A DNA stretch of 64,000 bases from Vicugna vicugna (lineage: Eukaryota). Shown piece after piece: positions 32,401 through 44,400 of the stretch (positions are counted from its first letter, which is position 1; each line of letters begins with the position of its first letter). The translations under genes were made by a program, and so were the position numbers. Below the pieces are notes generated by a model, which saw only the letters and a program-made list of their open reading frames with translations, did no database searches and was not told the DNA's origin. The stretch covers positions 1,403,601-1,467,600 of the forward strand of contig MU059614.1 in NCBI GenBank assembly GCA_013265495.1, given 5' to 3'.

Positions 32401-35400
32401 AGTAAAGTTTAGATTCATTGGGAGGAGATGGTCGGTGAGTAGTTGGCAAATTCTGACCAGACAATTGAGGGAGGCAGGGGCGACCATCGGTTCTCCTCAC
32501 GGTTCCGTGCAGGACTGGGAGGTGTTGGACCTACGCTGCTTCCTGGGGCCCCCCTCCCTGCAAAGGCCGTGGGCTTGACTGCCCGGCTTGTTCCAGGAGT
32601 AGTTAGTTTAGTCCGGCCCTCCGGTTGCCACGACAACTCACTGGCCCCTTTGCTTCAGTGTTTATTTAGTCTTCCCAGCCCTGAGAGGGAGGGAGAGCCT
32701 GGACAGGAACTTACAACTGGTAAGCACCTGCAGTCTGCAGACTGGGAACCGGCGCTCGTTTAACCCTCACATCCCTTAATTATCTGAGTGTGATTATTTG
32801 TTCTGCCGCTTCTGAGAAAGTTGAGGCTCCAGGAGGGACTCGTGCAAAGGACTCGTGTCAAGGGACTTGTGCAAAGTCAAAGCCAGAGGTAAGCCAAGAA
32901 CGCGCCCCTGACCCGGGCTCACCCTGTGCTTCCACGAGCATCCTGTGCAGCAGGCTCCGCCAGTCAGGGTCGTCGGGACCTGGGGAGCTCATCGGAGCAG
33001 AGGTTGGGGTGGGTGGCTGTAGGCTGGGGCGCAGCCCTCTGTGCGGCTGGCCGCTGGGGCCCGAGGCTGCTGGCGCTGCGGGCCGGAGACCCCACTGTGA
33101 GGTCTGTTGCTCTAGATGAAAAGTCTGCTTCATTTTCATGTTTCTTCAAACACGAAATGTGGGTTTCTTCTGGACAGACTGTAAGTGTGATTATTTAGAA
33201 CTCATTCCTTCACGCAGGGGCTCTGTGTTGGCTCTCTGTGTTTCCCGAGTGAAGCATTTGCCGGGACGTTCGGTCTAGAAAGGGGCTGGAGACAAGGACC
33301 TAAATCAGATGAGGGAGAGAGGGTTGGCATGAGAGTGGACAGACGGATGGGGAAGGAGACCGTGACAGAAGGGCTGGCCTCAGTGGCGGTGGTAACGGGG
33401 TTTTGCTCTTTCGGCACTCAGGGCTGTGTTAGCGCGTGCCCCAGGCTGAGGTGGCGCCCTGTGCATCCTGTGGGCCTTTAATTGTCACAGCAGCACCAAG
33501 TCGGGTTCTGTCACTGTCTCCCCTCTGCAGACGGGGACCCTGAGGCAGTGAGGGCCACGGCAGCAGGAGTTGGAGCCCAGCGTTCTGGCCGGAGCCTGTG
33601 CTGTGAGGCTGTGCCACCCTCAGCCTGGGGCGAGGGCGATGAGGGCAGAGGTGGACGAGAGTCTTGAGGGCTGTCTGGGCAGAGACAGCAGCTGGAGCAG
33701 AGGCTGGGGGTTGGGGTCGGGGTAGGGGGCTGACGCCCAGCCCGGGCAGCTGTGAGAGGCCGGGCGGACAGGCACCAGGCCTGACCGAGGAGGGCTGCAG
33801 GTGTTGGCCCAGGGGTTCGGGCTCTTTCATCGTCCATACTGGGGAGCCAAGAAAGAGTCCTGGGGAGGGGAGTGGCACAGGTGTTACAGAGGCAGGGAAA
33901 CTGCCCCTTGGCAGCCACCAAAAGGCCATTCTTCTCTCTTGCCATCCAAGCCCCCACCTGTGCAGAATGGGGGTCCTACGGGAGGTCAGCCCCAGGCAGC
34001 ACCACTCCCCTGAAGCCCTGGGGAGGCTCCCCTTCTGTGAGGCCGGGTCAGAGGTGAGGAGGTGCTGGGACAGGTTGTAAAATGCATGTCCCCACTGGTC
34101 AGCCTGCTCCTCAGAGCCTGGCCGCTGGCTGCGGAGGGTGAGGAGGGGTGCCACTGCTTGGAGGGGGCTATGGGGCTCCTAAAAATTCCCATAGACCTCT
34201 GCTTTTAAAAAACAACGCGTGCTTATGTAGAAAACTTAGCAAATATACAAAAATGCGAAGAAGAGGAATCACTGTGACGTGCTTTCTCCCAAGCTCATTG
34301 AGATTCTCGGCATTTCACGGAGCCCGGGGAATAAGAGGAACCCACCCCCACTTTCTCACGCTTGGCGGTGCAGCCTTGTGTGAGCACATTTCTATGTGAC
34401 ACGCCTGCTTTTGGGGGCGGTGGGTATCAGGTGAGGAAGGGGGTATAAATGCAGGCCTGGGGGCAGCAGTTAAGCACATTGCTCTCCACCTAGCAGGTGA
34501 ATCTCTCAGACGTCTTAGGCTCACCCAGCAGTCTGAAAAGGTATAAATAACATGCAGACTTTGTTTAGCTGACCCAGCTTGCTGCGGCTGGAACACAGGC
34601 CTTTTAAAACCCAGTCTCAGCTTGGGTGCCTCTCTCGTGTTCCTCCAGTCTTCCTGAGCTAGAGGACTCTTTGATCTTGTCCGTCCAGTGACCGCACCTG
34701 CTGTGTTGTCAGCACTCGCCCCCTCCTCCAGGCAGCCTTCCTAGACCACCCTGTTTGCGATGCAGAAGCTCCTCTCCGAGCTCAGTATGTTGTCCAGATC
34801 GTTCTTGGCTCCTCCCTCGCCCTCCATCTTGTGTGACGACCAGCAGGAGGATACTGCAGTCCCCATAGGGTCCTGCGCTCACACCTGCTGTCCCCTTGCC
34901 TGCTGTCTCCTGTTGGTGTTGATCTCGTGTCTGGCCTGGCTTGTTGCCTCATCTTCCTCAGGGCAGACTGTGCCCCTCCTGGCTTCCTGTGACCTTTGGG
35001 GCCCGTGCCGGAGTCTGCCCTGCCCGGCTGTTCACTCCAAGGGTTCCTTTCTGTCAGTCTTATTTTTGAGCATCCACCTCTCGGAGCTGAGAAGGAGAAC
35101 CATGGCGGCCGGGCTGTGTGCCCCCTCATCTCACTCAGGCTGCGCCGTCGGGGTGTCGTGCGGTCCATCTGTGGACACTGGCATTGCTTCCACCTTTCGG
35201 CTGTGGGAATAGCGCTGCTGTAAACTGGAGTGTGCAGATATCCCATGTTTGTGCTCACGCCCTTGCCTTCAGGCCTTTTTCACATCCCCAGGGGTGCACT
35301 GACTGGCTCACAAGCTCACTCCGTTCCTGGTGTTTTGAGGAAGAGCCACCACACTGCTGCCCGCAGCGCTGCAGCGTTCTGCGTCCCGCGAGCAGTGCAC

Positions 35401-38400
35401 AGGCCCAGGGCCTCCTCGTCCTTGCCGCACTCATCCTTGGCTTCTCTTTGGTAGGGGCCGTCCCGTGGGTGTGACGTGCTGTCTCGCCCTCTCACGTGCG
35501 TGTTGGCCGTTTGTGTGTCTGTGGAGAAGCGTCCGTTCAAGCCCTTTGCACACGTTAGAACCAGGTTGCTGTGCTTGGCTGCTGCGCTAGGAGTTCTCTC
35601 TGCGTTTGGATGTTAATCCCTCGTTGGGGATGAGGTTTGCAAACACTGCTCCTCTGGGGGTTGCCTTTGGGCTCTGTTGACCGGGCCCTTTGGGGGGCCC
35701 AGTGCATCCCTGTGCCTTTGGTGTTCTGCCTTGTTTTCAGGGGAGTCCCACGTGGGCCCTGAAGACACGGGGCGGGGCTGGCAATGCTGGTGCACGTGGC
35801 TGCCCTGCAGGTGCTCGATTAAGGCCCGAGCTCATGGCATTGTCCCCACCAAGGCCCGCGACAGCCCTGCCATCACTCACATTTACAGAGTAGACACCCA
35901 GGTTGGAGGGTAGGAACCTTTCCGGAGGCCTGTGGCTAACAGGGGCCCAGGATGGATCTGAACCCAGGTCTGGGGACACCAGAGCCAATGCCCCTAACCA
36001 CGAAACTGGGAGAGAATTCAGTTATTATTTGCGGAATTGAGTGAATGAACTTGGTGGCTGAAAATCTGGGTGGTAGTTGCCTCAGATTCAGATCTGCCTC
36101 CAAGCTCTATGCTGCTCAGCCAGTTCCTGTCCTCCGAGTGTAGCTCAGTGCATGGTGTCCCTCCGTCCCCACTACCCGACCCCGGTTCTGAGACTCTGGG
36201 GAAAGGTGTGCTTTCTTATGCGTACTGCAGCCCTGGGCAGAGGCAGACCTGCGTGTGTTCCTTTCTGGGTGTGCTTCAGAGCTGCAGGGCTGGAAGGAGA
36301 CAGCAGGGGCTTAAACAGATGCTGAGGTCTCCAGGTGACCAGTTTGCTTTCCAAACGTGACCAACTGCCGTTTTCATCGTGAATGAGGCACAGGCCTTGT
36401 AGTCTGGGAGGCACGTCAAAAATCCTGTTTCGGGTTTTGGGTTAAAATGGACTGTGATGGAGACACCGCCTCCTGCACGTCAGCGTGCCAGGCTGCAAGT
36501 CTGAGCGCTGGGGCCGGGTCTGGCTGCGGGACAGGGATCCGCTGGGCTCCTTGCTGCGCCTCAGAGGAGATGTCACAGACGTCCTCTCCTGCCCCTGGCA
36601 CGTCGTCATCCAAGTGGAGTAGGAGGCTCGACAAGTGGTGTCGCCTGGTGTTGGAAAGCGGAATGTGCTGGTGGCTTCCAGAGTGAGAGTCCCACCCGTG
36701 AGCTCTGGAAGTTCTTAAGCCGGTAGTTGAAGGCATCACTGAATTCTAGCTGGGGGGCTTAGTGGCACTGGGTCCGCAGCCCTCCCCGTTGCAGGTGGGG
36801 AACCCGAGGCCCAGAGAGGTCAGGCACGTGCTGTTTTCCCCCCGACAACGCTCCTGACACCGAATGTGTGGGTTTTTCTGGACACCAGCCAACTGTGACG
36901 CCAACTGGTGTCCTGCAATCCCGTTCTGACCTAACTGCCCGAGTTCTCACAGGTGGCGGTGGCTGTGAATTGGGGGTTCCCATGACTCCCTCCCGTTTGG
37001 TAAGTGGCTGGAACGGCTCCCAAAATGGGAGAACACCTTACTCCTGTTTACGGCCTTGGTGGTGTCTGGGCCCAGCCCCCCATCACCCCGTTAGCACACA
37101 AGACACTCCTGGCTCTGGGTGTCCCGGGGTTCAGGACTGCGTGCTGGGCCGGGGGATGAACATCACGTGTCCGTTTCTTCCTGCATCATAGCGGGCGCTG
37201 TGCCAAGTCCCCAGCGAGTCACCCACACAGCGTCCTCCCTGAGCCAGATGCCAGCCGCTGGGACGCTGGGAGACTGGCCTGAAGACTGTCAGTCGCACGC
37301 AGTCCACCTGCTCCCAGGACGTGGCTGACCCCCGGTGTTCTGGCCGGTGCAGTCAGTTCACAGACTTGTCTTGGGGTGTCCCTGCTCCCCTGCAAGCCTC
37401 AGGGGCCGGGCTCTGGGTGGTCACATCCCCTGGTTACTCCTGGGACGAGGGCAGCATCAGCACCTCAAGTTCATTTCTGCACCCGAAGCTTAAGGCCTGG
37501 GTCAGAGCGGCTTTGAGTTTTTCTTCCGGCCTTTACCCTCCTTAGGAGATTTGACTGTCTTTTGAACCGGTTCACGAGTGTGTGTGTTGTGTGTGTGTGT
37601 GTGTGTAATTTATACCTTTGCCTCCTCGTGTACTTCTCACTGGGGCGCGCGTGTTCGTAGTGAGATGCGGCCGTCTGAGCGGGGACGCCCCTGCGCTGCC
37701 CGGGTGACCTGGGACGTCCTCTCCTGCCCCTTCCCTCCCGTCAGCCCCAGCCCTGCCCTGCTCAGCCCGTCGCCCAGGCTGCTTCTGCTTGCCCTCAGGG
37801 CTCCTGTCAGCCGAGTCGCGCAGGGGGTGCTCCTTTGGGCTCAACACCAGAAGTGTTTGAGGGCGCCTCCTGCCTCCTTCCACCAGGCTTTCTTTTCCCC
37901 GCTGCCGTCCTGAGAGGTCGTGTCGTCTGGGGACCCGCTGGCCCCTGAGCTGCTGTGGGTGAGCAGCGAGGCCCTAGGCCCGGGGCTGCCGTGCGGCCTG
38001 CGGCGCGTGACTCCTGAGGACTCGGGGAGGCCGTCCTGGGGGCTGTTTCTGTAGTTGTGGGTGTCATGTCCTGTCTCTTGTCCACTGGTTGCACACTCAG
38101 GTGCAGCCACCACCCCCGTCCTCCTCCAGAATGTTCCTCATCTTACAGGGCTGAGACTGTCCCTGTGGAACAGCGACTCCTCTCCCCTCACCCCCGGCAC
38201 CACCATCGTACTTTCTATCTCCGTGGGTTTGATGACCCCGGGGACCTCATGCATGTGGAATCCTGCAGGGTTCGTCCTTTGTGACTGGCTGATGTCCTCC
38301 AGGGTCACCCATGTTGGAGCATCCCAAGAGGCCTTCAGTTTCAAAACTTGATGGGCTTGGGGTGAGATGGTGCCCGCCTCAGAGCCCCACCAAGGGCAGG

Positions 38401-41400
38401 TTGGAGGCGGAGAAGGGGGCCAGCCCGTGGGGCCTGGCCTCTGCGAGAGAGGAGCAGGCCCTCCTGGGGGCAGAGGGGGGAGCCACGTCTGGGTCAGAGG
38501 GGCCTCCTCACCCCAGGGCCTCCCCACCCCTGGGGCCACCTTCTCTTGGGTCCTAAAAATTACACCGTGAGAAACATATGAAGTGAAAGCAGCGTGCATA
38601 CACATTCTCGTTTAAAAACTCAGACAACGCAGGGTCGTGGGTTCAACCCCAGTACCTCCATTAAATAAACAAACAAGCAAACAAACAAACCTAATGACCT
38701 CTCCGCCTAAATTTTTTTGAAAATTAAGAGCTAAAAATGAGGCAACGCAGACAGAGGTCTACCTAGAATGCGAGGCCCCCTCCCTGCCCCCCGGGAACCT
38801 GTCAGCTGCTCAGCGTGGTCCTGGCTCCACGAAGCCTCTGGTGTAACAGGATCCGACTGATCCACCGACCGTGGGCCTCACTTCGCACCTCGCCTTCGTC
38901 TGCTGATCTTTCCCTGGGTGACACACCTTTCACGCAGCCTTTCTCCTGGAGTGGGGGATTGTCCTTAAATAGTGCCGTGGCAGCGTGTCTGTGCGTGTAC
39001 ACATTTCTGTGGGTTAAGTTCCTAGGGGTGAAAACCTGGGCCAGACGGTAGCATTTGAAGCTTTATAGAGATGCCAGACCCTCCGCAGCAGAGCCAGGAG
39101 CACCCACCCTCACCCCCATCACGGCAATGCGCCCCTGGGAGGGGGGCTGTTTGGCTGTGGGGGTCCTGGCTCCCTGATGAAGGGCATCTCCGAGATGTGC
39201 AGATTCATGTGCCTTCCCTGCACATGGGCTCGGCCTGGGTTTCTTGGATGTCGCAGTCGCCACACGCACCCCCTCCCCTCAGCTCGAAGCCTCACTCTGC
39301 AGTCGTGGGTTCCCTGGGTGAGGACAGTGGAGGCTCTGTTAGCAGGAGGCTGTGTCTGAGTGAGGTGGCCTCTGAGCCCCGCCTCTTGGGAGGGGGCTGT
39401 GCTGACAGAGGCCAGGGCAGGAGAGTGCCCGAGGTGGGCGGGGTGCCCAGAAGCCAGAGCTGCATCCCCCCGAGCTGTGCTCCGAGCCTCTCCTGCCTCG
39501 GCCCCAGTCCTGCTGCTCTTGTGCTGACGAGACAGCCAGCCTTGGCGGAGCCTGGGATGACAACGGGATCCCCCTGGAATGACCTCTTTTCTGTTTCATT
39601 GCGTTTTTGTTACTTTGGATTGATGCCAAGTGAAGTTTGCAGGGGTGAACGGGCGCTTTGTAGCCCAGCGCTCCCAGCTCCCTGGGAGCTCCCAGGGCCC
39701 GCCCCCACACCAGGGCCTCCATCCTGCCGAGCTGGGCCCTCCTGGAGGGCCTCCCGCCCTGCGCTTTCCACTCTGGAGCACCTTTTTCTCATTTGCTTGG
39801 AGCTCTGTGGGCTGCCTGGAGAGCCGGGGCCTTTCCCTGCTGGGCTCCACGCCCCCCAGGGCAGGGGCTGGGGGCGTCTGTGCTGGTGTCCACAGTGGGT
39901 GGTCGGGGGATGAAGTGTGGCCCTGCGGAGCCTGGCCACAGGCTCCCTGTCTCTGAGCCTCGGGACAACTCCATGCCCCAGGGGCTTGTTTGAAGCTCAA
40001 ACTGGACAATGCAAGTAAAGCACTTGACTCTCTGAAAGTTCTGTCCTCCCTCGTAACCGTTTCTAAAATGAGGGAACTATGAATTTGGGTGGTATATACT
40101 GGGAAGGGTACATACAAGTGTTTAAAAAAATGGAACAAAAATTTTTGTTTATTTTAGAATTATTTGTTTTAATGGCAGCACTGTGGATTGAACCCAGGAC
40201 CTCATGCATGCTAAGCACTGCTCTACCCCTGAGCTCTACCCTCCCCCCGTTGTTTATTTTAACAGTCTGACCCCTGGTGCTGCAGAAAATAAAAAGCAAG
40301 TTACCATGTGTGCTTTCTGGACAGAACAAAAACTTTGAAATCAGACAAACCTCAGTTTGAGCTGCAGCCTCACCTGTAAAATGGGTCTAATAGTCCTGCA
40401 TTTTAAAGTGTGTGTCCGGGCACGAAGTGAGGTGTTTCACGGGCTGTGGCGGTGAAAGACTGCAGACCGGGCAAACAGCAAACAACAGCGCTGACCCCTC
40501 GCAGCTTTGGGGGCCGGTGTCCCAGGTCGAGGTGTTGGCGGCTGGTTTCTCTTGGGGCCTCTCTTTGTCGCGCCGACGGCAGCCTGCTTCTGTTTGCCTG
40601 CCTCCCGCTGTCCCTGGTGTCCATGTTCCTCCCGCGAGGACAGCAGTCAGGTGTGTGAGGGCCTCCTGTCTAACGGCCTCATCTGACCTTGCTCACGTCT
40701 TCAGGGAGCCTCCCTCCCAGTGCAGTCACATTCAGCATGTGGGTTTGTGGGGCCCACAGTTTAGCCCATAACACCGGCCAGACAGAGCTCTGGGGTGGTG
40801 GCCAGCCGTTCCGGGGCAGGTGGTACGCGGTCTGTGCGGTTGTCCTGAGAGCCAGCAGTGCTGTTCCTGTCCCCGTCCCCCTAGCCCCCAGGCACTGCCC
40901 GTGACTATTCAACCAGTACAATCCACTGGCTTAGAGAGCAAGCCAGGCTCCTTCCACTTCCGGACCCTCGGTACCAGCGAATCGCCAGTGACACATTCAG
41001 GAAAGCTCAGGCTTGACTTTATAAAGTTAGCCAAGGATGGCACTTTAAATGTGTAAGATCCAAGTGGAAAGGAGTCCAAACGGAGTATGAATAAACGTTG
41101 AGTTTGGGGAAAGTACAACACGCCGTGAAGGAAGCCAGACCCAAAGCTGCGTGCCCTGCCATCCCGCTGCTGCGCCGAGTGCAGGCCAGGCCGGTGCGTG
41201 TGCGGGGCCTGGGGTGAGGGCTGGGAAGTGACTGCACTGGGGCCGGGCTTCTTCCTGGGGTCATGAAGGTTCTGGAATTAGAGCGGTCATGGTTACTGAG
41301 GCCTGGTGGTGGCTGCTGAAGCCCACTGAGTTGTGCACTGAAAGGGGAGCTTCAGGGGGTGTGGATTCTCTCCCAATAAAGCTGTTAGGAAACACTGAGT

Positions 41401-44400
41401 TAGGGCCATGGCGGTGGTGTGCTTAGGGGAGTGGCTTCCGAGTCTGTCTTCCAAGTTTTCTGTAGTTCCTCTTTTGTAAGTGGAAAACCCCAAAGTCCTC
41501 CACATCAGGAAGGTGACTGGGGATCTCGTGCTGTGTGGCGCTGAGTTAGAGCCAGGCAAAGAAAACTTCCGTGGAGTATTAAGAGGTCACTTTTGCTCCT
41601 GAAATGTCAACACTGAGTACGACGTACAAGCCAGAGAGAAGACGGGTATGTGCGTGATGTCGCTTGACCCGGGCCTCCTGAGTGCAGGCCTGTGGCAGAA
41701 TCCGCCCTCTCTCCTCCAATGGAGTCCATGTTTGTCACGCACTTTCACAGCCCGTTCCTTCCCAGTGCCACACCGTCGTCAGCCCCGTGCCAAGAGACAA
41801 GTAATTCATCGTGGAACGCATGTGTGTGAGATGCTGCTGGCCGCCCTCGCTTCCAGGTGGACCGTTTCTGCCCCATTTGTAGCCGTGTTTGTCCTGGAGG
41901 CACCATTTCTTGGCTCATGACGTGAAATCATCTTTGAAAGGAAAGTTAAAGACTCTCGAATTACCTTTCTCTGCTTTAAATCCACCCTTTGGTATTTGCA
42001 AAGGTCAGACGAGCTATTTCGGCGTCCACGGCCTTGATTAATGGGGAGCCGGACGTTCCCATTGGCCCCCGAGAATGAAGGATTGCCACGGGGCGGCAGC
42101 ATCTGCCATCACATCGAGCGCGGAGCTGGGACTCTTAGGAGGTAGCTGGCCCATGAAAGATGCAGGCGGAGGGATGCCTCGGGCGCGGCCCTGTTCACCC
42201 GCCACCGGAGAGCTCGCAGGCGCCTCCCAGAGCGTCCCCCGAGAGCGTGTGTCCCACCCCCCACCCGGCCTTGCCGCTAAGAGTCTAACACTGAAGCGCG
42301 GTGCCTCTGTCCTGAGAGGTGCCTGGGCTTGTCTGTGTTCTGCGCTCACCCCTCCACACTGGGGATGTGGTTTTATTCTAAGTTAAATAAAAATCATTGT
42401 GTTGGTGCCTAGATCTTCGCGGGGAAAATAATGAATACACGTCTCGGTCCCCACGCAGGAGCAGATGGTCTGCGTCAGTTCATTCTGTGACCTTTCTTTG
42501 CTTCGAAGACAGAGTCTGATCCCATGGATCATAGCTGTTCTTTCGGTTCGCAGACCCGGAGGTCACAGGAGCGCCAGGCTGTCGCCATCCTTTTCCATTT
42601 GTCTGGAGCCTTCAACCGGAGACCAGTGTGGCATTCTCAGCCTGCGGGAGCCGGGGCCTTCTGGGCACGTGAAGGGAGCCCTCTGCCCCGCGTCCTGCTG
42701 TCCTCACCTGTCCACTCACCGGGCAGCCACTTCGCTGCCCTGTGGGGGCAGGCACAGCCCCTGTGAAGCCTGCCCACCGAGGGCCGCAGGTTTAAAGTAC
42801 ACTAGCGACAAGGGCCAGCTGTGCTGCTGGGGAGCCACATGGGGGCCTCTCCTGGCCCCAGAGCCCACGTTCCCATCAGGAGGCAGACAGAAACAAGAGC
42901 CGTGCGGGGGCCCCGATAACAGCGGGCATGCGCTGTGCTGGGGTAGAGCGAGGAGGTGGCCCTGCCGCTGTCCTACGGGAGGGCGGGGGTTGGGCTGGGA
43001 AGTGAGGACCTTGCAGAAGAGACAGCTGGGCGCAGTCCTGGGACCTGGAGCAGGTGGGGGCAGCGAGGGCCGGTAGTGAGTCACCCTGGGAGTCAGGCTG
43101 ACAGATACAGACGCTGCCTGGAGTTGAGGGGAGCTTGGGAGGTTTTTAACACGCAGGGGACTATGTGACCGGTTCTGTTCAGGGAAGGTCATCCAGGCAC
43201 ATGGAAGAGGGCTGCAGAAGTGATGCCAGCGGTGGAGAGGTCCCGACCCTGAGAGCCGGCCGAGAGGGCACCCGGCCCACCCGGCCCTCCTCCCCTGTTT
43301 CATTCCCACATCCTCCTTCCGATCACCCAGAGCCTCTCCATGGCCCAGTCCCGCGTCCCTGTTGAGATGGCCCAGCACTGTCCAGGCTGCCCAGCTCACC
43401 CTCCCTGGCCCCCTGCAGCAGCCGGAGCCCTGGCGCTCAGTGGAGGCCACCTTGCTCCCAAACCCCTGGCAGGGCTGGACCCTCAGGAGGGAGGAGGGAG
43501 GGTGGAGTGATTACGGTGGGTGGGGCAGGGGCTCAGAACTGGAGGACGGAACACACCTGGTCTGAGCCCCTCGTCCACCTCACGCAGGCTCCAGGAGACT
43601 GGGAGGGGTTTTGTTTTACTCTTTATTGCGAGAGCTTCAGACAGAAGCAAGAGCAGGGAAAACGCAGTAACGAGCTGCTGGGGCCCGTGACTCTGCCTCC
43701 GCTCCCCTCACTCTCTGGCCAGCCCAGGCTGCTCCGCCACGGCCTCCCCACCTCGCTGGTTTGGAGCTGACCCCAGGCCTCGTGTAATTCTGAAGTGTGT
43801 CTCAAAGAGCAGGGCTTTTGGCTGAACTCCAGGAGGAGCCTGCCCTGTCTGAGCCGCAGCCTCCTCGCCTGTGCGCTGGGATGGCGGCACCCTCGGCCCA
43901 GGGCTGCTGTGAGCAAGCCGGTGGAGGCGTTGCCAGAACCCTGACAGCTCCCTTCTCTTCACGACCGGCCGTGACAGGCCTGCACTGTGGTGGCCCCGAG
44001 AGCACAGCCTGGGGGCAGACGACCCCGTTCTCAGCCCCACACTCACCACCGTGACTTTGGGGCACATCGCCTAGTCTGGGCCTCCGTGTCCTCGTCTTTA
44101 AAAATGGGGGCAGTGACAGCCCCCTTGTAGGGTGGTTTAAGGTTTAAATGAGACAGTGTATACCAGCACGTGACCAGCTCAGTCCACAGTAGCTTTTATA
44201 ATAAACATCCTTTAAGTATGTTATTTCTGATTCTCAGGGCAGTTCCGCAAAGTATTAGCTATTATCTCCATTTTACAAATGAAGCAACAGAGGCTTAAGT
44301 CCAACATTAGATGATGCACTTGAGCTCTTGGGATGAATGAATTGCGGAGCCAGGAGTCTGAGCCCAGGTCTGACCCCCCACGGCCCCCACCTTCGTTACA

